From Malacoraja senta (taxonomy: Eukaryota), in contig CM075977.1 of NCBI GenBank assembly GCA_038087875.1, forward strand, positions 161,200,001-161,264,000: 64,000 nt of DNA, written 5' to 3'. Below the pieces are notes generated by a model, which saw nothing but the letters and a program-made list of their open reading frames with translations, did not search any database and had not been told where the DNA came from. A program made the translations under genes and the position numbers. Every line of letters begins with the position of its first letter. Position 1 is the first letter of the stretch. Below, one piece after another: positions 25,348 to 37,200 of this stretch.

Positions 25348-25689
25348 TTATGCACTAGCATCAAACTATGTCAATCAACTCAGTGCCTTGCTAACCAAAT
25401 ATAATTACATGATATCCTTTTTGGTGGGTGGGGGAGAAAAAGAGGTTGCCGAGAATTTTAACCCATAAAGCATCTTTACACATTTTCATTTATTTCTTAG
25501 TCCCATTAATCTTCCAAACAAGAATGGGGGGGGGGGGGGGGGGGGTTGCAGGTATTATTAGTGATGACATTTGGAAGTCTTTAACCTCTACCAAAATGAA
25601 AACATTAATGCTGATCCATGTTGGACACTAAAAGATTAATGTTGCCGCTTAAACCTGAAAATGAAATAACTACAAGTATCAATACATAC

Positions 25690-25834
25690 CAGACAACACC
25701 AGCTGAGGGGTGATTAATAATAGCTTTATATACGATGCACCTGGGACTGAAAGATCTTCCTCTTTTTCCTCTTCTTCTGCATTTAATTCCATCTCTTCAT
25801 CCATTTCATAATCATTTTTTCTTTCTGGCCGTAC
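25690..25834 (-). CDS. FOCAD: FOCAD exon H: VRPERKNDYEMDEEMELNAEEEEKEEDLSVPGASYIKLLLITPQLVLS
   Basis: gtttag acceptor, gtatgt donor; 145 nt, ends phase 1; follows the 24.2-kb intron 25835..50060. Confidence 0.92.
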
Positions 25835-26166
25835 CTAAACAGAAAGTGCATTACACACTGGCCAACTTCTAACCCATTTTCAAACTATAATTTGATTAAA
25901 TAGGTTCTAGTGTTTGAAGGTATCAAATGTGACTCAGATGGAAGCACTCAAGCCCACTTCAGAAGTTTCTTGGTTCAAACCATTTATGTTTGAAAACAGA
26001 AATGTAGGCTGATATTATGGTGCAGTACAAAAGGAGTGCAGGAGATGCTGCCTGTCAGATGAGTTACAAATCCTCCCAACTCCCACCACTGCCATCCACC
26101 CCCGACCTCGAGGTGGAGGCTGAAACTTCCTAGCTATTGATTTGAGGGAAAGCATTGGGGACAACT

Positions 26167-26453
26167 TTGGTCCTCATGTTGATAAACAGCAATAAAAGTT
26201 TCCAAAGGTGGTGGAAAGATTGGAGGAAAGACTAGGTGCTGAGAGTTCTCTTACACCTGCATTAAGGAGGTAATTAAACACAGCTGTAATTTCTACATGG
26301 TGAAACCAAAATGTATAAAAATACCCATTATAAAATCTGACAATGTGCACTTTAACCACATCTGATTTTTTCAATTACAAATCTCAAATTGTGGAGTACA
26401 GAGGGAAATAAATAAATGATGGGTCTTTGTCCCAAACATTATGGAGGGCACTG
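26167..26453. mobile_element. Orphan Tc1 right end (same family as 54355-57158)
   Basis: Ends cccaaacattatggagggcactg|ta; matches 56788-57158 with an internal deletion. Confidence 0.85.
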
Positions 26454-26974
26454 TAAATGCAAGTTTTCTTTTCCTCCACAACTGCCACAGTAAATTACCT
26501 GACTCTTGCGTGTTTTCTCATCGTCAGTGCCACACTCTTTACCGTTAATGTCGCAGAGAAGCTAAAAGCTGGAGCTGCTAATGGGGAAAAAAACCACTGT
26601 CCCCTGGCTTGTCAACTTGATTTAGTCTAATGTTTAATTCTTTAAGAAAAAAGATGGTAGACATATCCCACACCTGTGTGGAGGTACCAACAAACATTTA
26701 AGACATAAGAGAGCCCAGTCCCAATATTCAAGATGTTGACACAATGCAGTGCAAACCAAAACAAGTGTCAGGATTGCATTACTTGACAGAAAAGCCTTGA
26801 CGGGTGTAACTGTGTTCAAAGTGAATGTTTTAACCCCTCACATTCAGACAAATTACTATTTAAGAATAGATTTGGAGCTCAACCCTCACTGTGGTGACCA
26901 GACAAACTGTCCTACAGTGTACTTTCCTCCACTTGAGAAACTTCAGCAAACAAAAACAAAATTACTCCATTATA

Positions 26975-27700
26975 AGTTCATAAATCATGGGAGCAGAATT
27001 AGGCTATTTGGTCTATCGTGTACACTCCTCTAATCAATCATGGCTGATCTATCTTCCCCTCTCAACCCCATTCTCCTGCCTTCTCAGGGGTGTCAGGACT
27101 TATGGGGAGAAGGCAGGAGAATGGTGTTAGGAAGAGCTACATCAGCCATGATTGAATAAAGTAGACTTGATGGGCCGAATGGCCTAATTCTGCTCCTTCT
27201 TCCCACAACCCTTGACACTCTTCCTAATCAAGAATCTGTCAATCTCCACCTTAAAAATACCCAGTGACTTGGCCTCCAAAGTTGTCTGTGGCAATGAATT
27301 CCACAGATTCACCACCCACTGACTACATAAATTCCTCCTCATCTCCTTTCTAAAGGTACACCCTTTGATTCTGAGGCTATGCCCTTGGTCCTAGACTCAC
27401 CCATAAGTGGAAACCTCCTCTCCACATCTACTCTATCCAAGCCTTTCACTATTCAGTAAGTTTCATCCTTCTAAACTCCAGCGCGTACAGGCCAAGCGCC
27501 GTCAAAGGCTCATCATACATTAACCCAATCATCCCCGGGATCATTCTCGTAAACCTCATGTGGACCCTCTCCAACGCCAGCACCTCCTTCCTCAGATATG
27601 GGGCCCAAAACTGCTCACAATACATCAAACGCAGTCTGACCAGTACCTTATGAAGCCTCAGCATAACATCCCTGTTTTCATACTCTAGTCCTCTCATATA
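26975..27700 (-). mobile_element. CR1 LINE 3' fragment with an inverted piece of 3' UTR
   Basis: ORF 27449..27721 RGLEY..RDVMLRL..QFWAPYLRK..RFTRMIPGM. Confidence 0.85.
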
Positions 27701-27749
27701 AATAAAAGAAACTGTACGCAATTTGTTACTTTATAGCTAAAGTTTATAT

Positions 27750-28637
27750 ATTAGATTAGATAGATTAGATAGCCCTTTATTGTCATTCAGACCGAAGTCT
27801 GAACGAAATTGCAACAGTCATACATAAAACATACATAAAACAACAATAAACACATATTAACATCCACCACAGTGAGTCCACCCAACATCTCCTCACTGTG
27901 ATGGTGGCAAAAGTCTTAGGTCTGCAGTCTCTTCCCTCCTCTTCTCCCTCTGCGCTGAGGCGATACCCCCCGGGCGATGTTTCCCGCGGCTCAAACACCG
28001 CGGCCCGGGGTGGTCGAAGCTGCCGCCCACCAGTCCTGCAGACACAGCCGCTGACCCGCGGCCGAACCCCGGACTCAGGCCACCACCGCCAGAACACCGT
28101 CCCAGCCACCCTCACGTGAGTACCGTGCCGTCTTCAGCCTCGGGCTGGGCCGCCCCAACATGGGCGCCGAACCTCCCCCGGGCCGGGCCGCTCCGACATG
28201 GGCGTCGCTTCTTCCCCGGGCCGGGTCGCCCCGACTTGGGCGTCGCTTCTCCCTCGGGCCGGGCCGCCCTGACTTGGGCGCTCACGGGAGCACTGTTCCA
28301 GCCCTGAGCCGGACCACCCTCACGGGAGCACTGTTCCAGCCCTGAGCCGGACCACCCTCACGGGAGCGAGCTCAGGGCGAGTCCTGACGGGCTTTGCCTC
28401 CGGAGCCTTGAGGTCATCAGCTCCATTAGGCCTCAGCGCAGATGGAGGCAGAGAAGGGGAATACGACCAAAAGTCGCATTCCCCCGCAGGGAGAGACTGC
28501 AAACCCCGTTACAAACCCCCACCCCTCCAAAACACAAACTAAAAAACAAAAACTAGACTAACCAAAACGAAATAAACACAAAAAACACAAACAAACAGGA
28601 CTGCCGATGAGCTGCTGCAGCCAGTGCCGCGCCGCCA
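27750..28637 (-). mobile_element. GC-rich retroelement copy 4 with internal VNTR
   Basis: Tail gacaataaa plus (aatct)n; GC tandem units at 28100-28370; head at 28600-28637. Confidence 0.75.
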
Positions 28638-29254
28638 ATATCAACCTTAATATATACAGTGATAACTTTCAAATCCAAATGTCATAAAGTAATTTAAAAA
28701 ATGCTGTTGAATTTTATTCCACCTCTACATACATCTTTATTTGATTAACAAATAGCACTCAATAACGACTGCCAAGACACAATTAGCCCCCAGACACCCA
28801 TTAAAACCTTTAGATTTCAGTCAATTCAAAATCTCCTTTTTCATCAGCTGCTTTTACCATTTACTTACTTTGAAAAGTAAGTCACAATTTTTTTAAAGTT
28901 TATTATCAGTCACATAGAATAGCTCCAATGCAATCAATCATTTTCCTACCACTTGAAGTGCATTTGTTTGCAGACAGCAAGATTTGCTGACAAAATATAA
29001 TGACCCTGAAAGTTTACACGGAAGTCCATAATATAACGTCAGCTAAAACAGAAGTTACCACTTCAGAAAGAGCCAACATCTCAGCTGCATGCTGCACAGC
29101 AACTTCTTTCTTTGCTGCTTACCATTATTATTAAAGGCTTGTTAAGGTGTCAGTTTCAAATCCAGCATCTTCCATCATTCTCAGCATACTACAAACAATA
29201 AATATTTACAGCAACGCTGGGAAAGACTGTTGGAAAGAAACGCTGGGAAGTTTG

Positions 29255-30116
29255 GTCGGTGCGGGCACTGCAAGCCGGCAGCCCTGCTAGCAGCGTGTCA
29301 GTTTAAATTTTTTTTTTGTTTTTGTTTAAATGTATGTTTTTAATGTTTCTTTGTGTGTCTTGTGTGGGGGGTGGTGTGGGGGGGTATGGGGGAAACCGTT
29401 TTGGTTGCCTCCTCCACGGAGAGGCGACTTTTTCCATGTCACCTCCCCCATGGCATAACATCGAGGATCGGTGCGGCCTTTCCCAGAGACACGCCCGGGG
29501 CTTCAGCTGCGGGCGCAGCGCAGACTCTTGCTGGGGCTCGCCGGAGGGGAGCGCTCCGCTCGCTGGCCCGCGGCAGCCTGAAGCCGTGGTCTGCAGAGCT
29601 CCAGCTGGCGCGGCGTCCGCAGCCTGGGATCCCTCGCTGGGGACCCGGGAGAAGAAGAAGCTCCGACTCCGACTGCCGGCCCACGGCCAACTTCTACCGC
29701 GGGCACGGCGTGGACTTACCATCAGGAGCGAGGTCCCTCGCCGGGGATCCCTACAGTCTGCGGTGCTTCTGGCTGCGGCGCGGCGGGAACTTTAAATGTC
29801 CGATCGCCGGCCTGCGGCCTACACCAACCTGAAGCCACGGTCTCCGGTGGGGGAGGCACCGACTTACCTTGACTTTCACTCATTTGGATGCCCTCAATAA
29901 AGGGTTGAGGTCCCGACCACAGGGGAAAATGGAGGAGGACTGGCCAAATTTTGTGCCTTCCACCACAGTGATGAATGCTGTGGTGGATGTTTGTGTTAAA
30001 CTTTTATTGTGTTTTTGTGTGTTCTTTTTCATTGTACCGCTGCTGGCAAATTCATTTCACTTGCATTTTATGTGCAAGTGATGAATAAAACTGATTGATT
30101 GATTGATTGATTGATT
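29255..30116 (+). mobile_element. GC-rich retroelement copy 5
   Basis: Shared head and 3' hairpin; aataaaa plus (ttga)n tail. Confidence 0.75.
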
Positions 30117-30179
30117 TAAAGATGTAGTTACTATAATGATGATAACCTTGCTTATGCAAAGCCCAAGCAACTAAACTCA

Positions 30180-30370
30180 AGTTAGACACAGGAATTGCAG
30201 ATGCTGGAATCTTGAATGTAACACAAAGTGCTGGCGTAACTCAGCAGGTCAGGCAGCATCTTTGGAGGGATCGGACAGGGTGAAAAAGGGTCCTGACCCA
30301 AAATGTCGCCTATCCACTCCTTCCTCAGATGCAGCCTGATCGGCTGAGTTACCCCAACACTATGCTTAGT
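30180..30370. mobile_element. Inverted Penelope-tail element, degenerate
   Basis: acacaaagtgctggcgtaactcagc arm and gctgagttaccccaacactatg reverse arm. Confidence 0.7.
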
Positions 30371-30374
30371 GTAC

Positions 30375-31222
30375 TTTAGTTTAGTTTACTGTCATGTGAT
30401 ACAGTGAAAAGCTTTTTTGTTGCATGCTGTTCATTCAGCGGAAAGACTATGTATGATTACAATGAAGCCATCCACAGTGTACAGATACGGGATTAATGGA
30501 ATACTATTTAGTGCAAGATAAATTCCAGTAAAGTCATATTAAAGATAGTCTGAGGGTCTCCAATGAAGTAGATGCTAAAAAGGACCGCTCTCTAGTTGGT
30601 GACAGGATGGTATAGTTGCCTGATGACAGCTGGGAAGAAACTGTCCGTGAATTTGGAGGTATGCAAAGTCACGCTTCTGTACCTCTAGTCTACGGGAGAG
30701 GGGAGAAGAGGGAGTAATTGGGGTGAGACTCATCCTTGATTATGCTGGTGGCCTTGCTGAAGCAGCATGAAGTGCAGATGGAGTCAATGGGAGGGAGGTT
30801 GGTTTGCGTTGTTGGTATGGGCTGCGTCCACAATTCTCTGCAATTTCTTGCAGTCTTAGATAAAGCTGTTCCCAAACATGCTGTGATGTATCCTGATAAA
30901 ATGTGTTTTATGGTGCATCTATAGAAGTTGGTGAGAGTTGTTGGGCAACATGCTGAGCTTCTTAAGCCTTTTGAGGAAGATGAGGCATTGGTGTGCTTTC
31001 TTGGCCATTGCTTCGATATGTCTGGTCCAGGACAAGTTGCTGGTGATATTTATTGCATCTCTACTTCGGCGCCGTGAATGTAAACTGGGAATGTGTACCT
31101 GAAGTCGAGCACAGTCTCCTTTGTCTAGCTGACATTGAGGGAGAGGCTGTTGTCTTGGCATCAGCGTACAAGGTTCTCAATCTCCTTCCTGTACTCCGCT
31201 GCAAAATTATTTGATATCCGTC
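30375..31222 (-). mobile_element. Rex1/Babar-like LINE 3' fragment
   Basis: NLSWTRHIEAMAKKAHQCLIFLKRLKK; NSLSLNVS.TKE motifs. Confidence 0.7.
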
Positions 31223-31254
31223 TGTTATACAAGAATTTTCCCGAACAGTCTGTG

Positions 31255-31405
31255 ACCCATAGCGCTGTGGCCATTGCGCTATGTTTAAAGCCCATAGTGC
31301 TGTGGCCAGTAGCACTATATTTAAATCCCATAGTGCTGCAACTGGTAGAGATAGATCTGGAACCCATGGCACTGCAGCCGACAGATCTGTGTTTAAATCC
31401 CCACG
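31255..31405. repeat. Degenerate minisatellite of about 36 bp (4-5 units)
   Basis: Repeated cccatag(c/t)gctg..tttaaa units. Confidence 0.7.
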
Positions 31406-31761
31406 AGTTAAGCCTGCGGCTGATCGCGTTTTGTTCCCAAGGGGGGGGGGGGGGGGCTTGCTGGGATGCAGTCCGCTGCCATTGGTTATAGTTTGAATTT
31501 GGGAGCTGCGCTATTGGCCAGGACTTACCAGCGGTTATTTCAACCCTGATTTCATACCTGTACAAAGGCTTACCTGTATAAGCCAGAAGTTAGTTCAAGT
31601 TCGTGTACGAGAGGGGTTCACTGACGAGCTGAGTCACGATCAGCACCGCGGATGGAGGCAGAGAGAGAGAGAGAGAGAGGTGTGCAGCTGTAAAACGGAC
31701 CCTGCGCATACCAAGACAAGTATTGTTTTTGTCCTCTCTTGCCAATAAAACTGATTTGCAA

Positions 31762-32575
31762 CTCTTTGCAACTGGATCCATGACTTCATCGTTAATAGAG
31801 CACAATCAGTACAAATTGGCAGCGACGGATTCTACTCGATAACCATCAGCACAAGAGCACCTCACTCTATCCCCATGAATGTGTAGCCAGACACCGTTCC
31901 AACTCCATCTTTAAATTCGCTGACAATACCACCATTGTTGGACAAATTATGGACGATGATGAGTCAGAGTACAGGAGGGAGATCAATCTTCTGATTGAAT
32001 GGTGCCAGAAGAACAGATTCCTCTCAACATCATTAAAAGCAAGCAACTGATTGTTGGCTTTGGAAGAAGAAGCACAAGGATCCACAAACCTGTCTTCATC
32101 AACAGGTCAGTGATGGAGAGAGTTAACAACTTCAAATTCCTGGTGTGCATACCTCTGAAGAACTGTCCTTGATCTAACACATTGATTTAATCATTAAAGA
32201 AAGTACATCACTTCTCTACCTCCTTAGAAGATCAAGGAGATTTGTTATGTCGATGAATACTCTCTTGAACTTCTAGAGGTAGAGAGCATATTGACTAGTT
32301 CTATCTTGGCCTGGTTCGGGAACTCAAACACACATGAGTGAAGGAGATGACAAAAGGCGGTGAACACTGCCCTGTTTATCATGGGTCTGACCTCCCCATA
32401 ATCGAAGGGATCGAAAAGAAGCACCATCTGAAAAAGGCAGATCCGCACCACCCTGTGAACGCTCCCATTTCATTCCTGGAGTCAGAAAGGTGCTACAAGA
32501 GTCTGAAAACTGTAACCTCCAAGTTCAGGAACAACTTCTTCCCAAGAACCATCAGGCTATTGAATGACATCCAGC
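31762..32575 (+). mobile_element. Rex1/Babar-like LINE RT fragment
   Basis: SLCNWIHDF..RAQSVQIG, FKFADNTTIVG, DDESEYRREI motifs. Confidence 0.75.
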
Positions 32576-33009
32576 AATTTCTATGCTAACCAAAGTGCCC
32601 AAATGACAAAGCCAGCTCCTCCCCCTACCCCCTTCTGTCCCATAAGATATTTATATTCGTGAAGGATGACCACATTTAGGCAAGTACATGGGTACATCGA
32701 TGGTGCAAGTGAGTAACCTTGAGGTTTGGACCAACAATCCAGACAAAACATGACATATCTGACTAGTTTCTATTCTAATTGCTTGGACTCCAAATTGCAT
32801 TAGACTGTATGTCTGCAGGTATCCCTGCAAACTTTCCCAAATATTCATGTTTTTTAACACATCAGCTTTAGGAAATATCCTCTCCACAACAATAATTTCT
32901 AATTGAACCATCATGTGATCCTAGTCTGAAAAGTATTGTTCACATTATTACCATTATTTTACAATAATCTCCCCACCATTATGTAACAGAGGTATTAATA
33001 AATTAAAAT

Positions 33010-33227
33010 AACCCGTTCAAAATGTTATATTTATGAATTAAGCTTTTGGTTGTGAATATTCCCCAAAATCCTTTTCTTTTTGCTTATAAAAACCTAAATA
33101 AGTGACCACCATGAGTTTTGATTAAACCCGTTCAAAATGTTATATTTATGAATTAAGCTTTTGGTTGTGAATATTCCCCAAAATCCTTTTCTTTTTGCTT
33201 ATAAAAACCTAAATAAGTGACCACCAT
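33010..33227. repeat. 103-bp direct duplication with 12-bp spacer
   Basis: 33010-33112 and 33125-33227 look identical by eye. Confidence 0.92.
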
Positions 33228-33704
33228 AATAATACATTAACCTAAAATACTTTGTCTTAATAACCCTGAGATAATTGCAATAATCTAAAAAAACAAAACA
33301 GAGATGGTTTCTGTAAATTAACCATCCATGCACTCATTAAGGGCCAGAGTACAAAATGTACCAGATAATTCTGTGACATTATTAACACTAATCATCTAAC
33401 AGCTAATTAAGCACCAAAAATTTAATGATTGCAGTAAACATTTATCACCCTCCTTGTAAAAACGGTATCTAATGAAACAAAAGAATGCGGCACATTAATG
33501 ACAGGTACAGAAATGCTTTGCTGAGATGCAGGATTTCTCTCCCTGAGATGTAACTTTTACATGATTCAACAATTAACACAATGCAAACAAATTATGTTAC
33601 CAATACAGAATCCCTGCCTATATTGCTCACTCTGTGTCCTTTTGTCTATTAACCATCAGTTCTTTGTTTCAAATAATATACTATCTTACATACATACTAT
33701 CTTA

Positions 33705-34217
33705 CTCAGTTTATAGAGTTATAGAATGATACAATGTGGAAACAAACCCTTCAGCGCAACTTGACCACACCGCCAACAATGTCCCAGCTACACTAGTCCC
33801 ACTTGCCTGCGCTTGGTCCATATCCCTCCAAACCTGTTCTATCCATATACCTGTCTGTTTCTTAAATGATGGGATAGCCCAGCCTCAACTACCTCCTCTG
33901 GCAGCTTGTTCCATACACCCACCACCCTTTGTGTGAAAAAGTTACCCCTCGGATTCCTATTAAATCTTTTCCCCTTCACCTTGAACCTATGTCCCCTGGT
34001 TCTCAATTCCCCTACTCTGGGCAAGAGACTCTGTGCATCTACCCGATCTATTCCTCTCATGATTTTGTACACCACTATAAGATTCTCGCTCATCCTCCTG
34101 CGCTCCATTGAATAGAGACTCAGCCTACTCAACCCTCCATATAGCTCACACCCTCAACAGAAAAGATTTAGGAGGATGTTGCCTGGCAGCATCCTCGTAA
34201 ATATTTCTGAACCCTTT
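33705..34217 (-). mobile_element. CR1 3' fragment, continues at 39933-40095 beyond the Gypsy insertion
   Basis: ORF 33839..34132 LYSMERRR..VYKIM..RGNFFTQRVV. Confidence 0.85.
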
Positions 34218-37200
34218 TGTAAATACCTTAGTCTCACACAGGTTAAAGCACAAGCATCTTTATTGCCTAGTTCATCATCACATATGCAGTACATCACACG
34301 TTCAGTCTACTGCAGCTACTGAAGACCAGTAGTAGCAATGTTACAAAATTTTGAGATTTAAAAAATAAAGTCTGCAATTTATCCCATCAGATAAAGCATA
34401 AAAAGAAGTTTAATTTGACACTTAATTCACTTTCATATCTTCAGTATTAAAAAAGTTATGGCCATTATCATACTCAGAAATTAGCATCTAGTTCCCTATT
34501 GCTTTTCCATTGACTTAACACAAAAGCTGTGATCGAGGACAGTTAAAAGCCCATAACTTTCTTAAAAATTATGGTAACTGAAAGAAATTTTCAGGTATTA
34601 TAGATTGAAGCATTCTGAAACAAATATGAAACAATCTTACTTCGAAGACATGAAAGTAAAGCATATAATTAGTTAGTTACCTAATTGTAGCTAATTACAA
34701 AATTCAATTACTAGATCTAAACATCTATCAATTTCTTAAGAATAGATTAACATTTTTAAATAGCCTAAGTGTCCAAATAACATTCACACAATAATTCACA
34801 ATATAACATAATTTTTAAATCTAATTTTCATGAATTTACAGGCCAAATGGAAGGAATTGAATGTTTAATACCTGTAAATTAATGGGGATTTAATTCATCT
34901 TGTGAGTGAGAATTTCTGGAACGCGATCTTTTGGAACGTTCATTTGCGGTGAATTTAACCCCGTATTGGCATGAAAAATACTGCCGTTAGTTCGGGGAAT
35001 AAAATCACCGTGTCGCATGACAAAATGTGAATTAAAGGCTTCTTAAGAAGCACTTTTATACATTTAAAGAAAGCACTTTCGTTTACCTGTCCATTGTGTG
35101 AAATCCGTCCCCGTTATTGGCGTTGACGCTTCAGGAGCTGCTTTTAAAATTACTGTAGCGCTGACATTGACGTTTTAATAAAAAAAAAAAATTCACAAAA
35201 CGCCGGTAGGAACGATTTTGTCAGCGAAGGTTTGTACTCCAACAAAATATTTCCAGGACAAGGGAGAAGAAACCGCGTTTTAACCCCGCCCCCCCCCTTA
35301 AAGGCGCCAAAATCGCGCACACGGCCAGTGGCAGAATTACAGCGCGACTGAAGGTAAGTTTTGTAACATACCTACCAGTAGGCGAGTTCTTACACTATAA
35401 ATCATATAATTCGGCGGAGTTATAATTACTAAGCATTCTGATTGGTTAACATGCAATAGCAAATCTACATCTCTTGTAGAAATGAAAAAGCAACTAAGGC
35501 ATTTTAAACGATAAACCGAGTGAATAATAATGGGGTTAAACAAAATCGCCATATTTAATAGGTGGCCTGCTAACCCGCCCAGTCCTCGTACGGTATGGGC
35601 CTGCCTCATCAACCTTTTCCTCCGAAAAGATGAGGGCTGGGGTAGGTAGAATCGAGGGGGACCCACTGGGTCTGTGGGGAGAGACCGCTGCGGGGGAGCC
35701 TGGAATGGACCGACGCAGGGACCCCGGGGTGCCGGTTACAACTGGGGACGCAGGGACAGACCAACGTGGGGAGTGGGCGGACCCGGTAGCGGCAGGTGCT
35801 GGAACGGCTGCAACAGGCGTCAGTTTAAACACGAGTGGTGGGGCATCAGGACCCTGGGATGCCTGACGACGTTCATTCACAGGAAGGAGATGTTGACGGT
35901 TGCGTCTGTAGAGGACACCATCGACTTCGACCAGGTAGGAGCGTGGTTCCTTAGAGGGGCCGTGAATGTGTCCCAGTTTAGTATGACCTTTATCTGTTTG
36001 CAGTCGCACCACTTGTCCTTGTATAAGTGGTTTCAGTGGCTTGCTGGTCTTGTTATAGAAACGCTTCTGCGTGTCTTGATTAAACTGTACACGCTTCTGT
36101 ATTACGGCAGGGGGTAGACTTTTGGTTGTAGTTGTTGCTGGGAGACAGGCAGTGGAGGACGTGTCTGGCGGGACATTAGCTGCTGGGCTGGGGAGCCGAG
36201 AATGTTGTCCCTTGGAATATTTCGCAGGTTCAGCGGGTCCAGGTAGACGTCAGATTTGGCTAGGTAGGAGCGCTCCATGAGTTGTTTTGCGCTCCGAAGA
36301 GCACACTCGGCAAGTTCATTGGACTGTGGGTATTCTGGGCTGCTGGTGACATGTTGGAACCGTTTAACAAAGTCCTCAAACTTTTGGCTGGTGAATTGGG
36401 TTCCATTGTCAGTCTGAAGACGAACGGGTACCCCATGCACAGAAAGGTGTATCTTCAGCTTTTGGATCACTGTTTCAGAAGTAATTGTTGGCAGAAAGTC
36501 AAGTTCAAACCAGTTAAAGTAGGAGTCCACTAAAACAAGGTAGGGCTTCCCGTGCCATTCGAAGATGTCGGCAGCCAGTGATGACCATGGTAGAGAGGGA
36601 GCTGGCTGGGGTAAGAGGGGCTGCTTCTGCTGATGCGGTGACTGACTGTTGCAGATCGCGCACGATTCTGTTTTTTCACGTATGTACTTGGTCATCCCGG
36701 GCCAGTAGATCATATCCTTGGCTCGTTTTAGAGTGGCCTCCGTGCCAGGGTGGCCTCCGTGAATTTCCTCATAGTACTCGTTCCGCAGAGTTGGGGGGAT
36801 GACCGCCTTGTGACCCTTGACGATTATTCCGTCCTGTAGCACCAGTTCGTCACAGACCAGAAAGTAGGGTCGTATTTCAAAAGGGGTGCTTGACTGCTTG
36901 TTTGGCCACCCGCCTCTTATGACGAAGGTCAGCAGCTGTGAAGTTTTGTCTGCAGCTGTGTGTTCGGCAAGGCGGCTCAGGCGATCGGTGGGCACAAACG
37001 AGACCTTCAGGACCGAGAATTTGTCCTGTTCAAAAGGGTGGCGTTCGCTTGTAGTGCGCGGGGCTATGGAGAGCGTATCTGCGATGTGCATGTCTTTACC
37101 TTTCTTGTAGACAATGCGGAAGTCAAACCGTTGCAGCTGCATCATCATTCGCTGTAGTCAAACAGGGGCAGCATGGATAGGCTTGCTCAGGATGGTGACT

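Noticed and set aside
31255-31405. CRISPR-like repeat array
   Set aside because: Eukaryotic context; degenerate contiguous units without unique spacers
31559-31832. Solo LTR followed by PBS-like tggcagcgacggat
   Set aside because: The apparent PBS lies in frame within the Rex1-like RT (..QSVQIGSDG..) and I found no TSD; 31559-31760 stays unassigned
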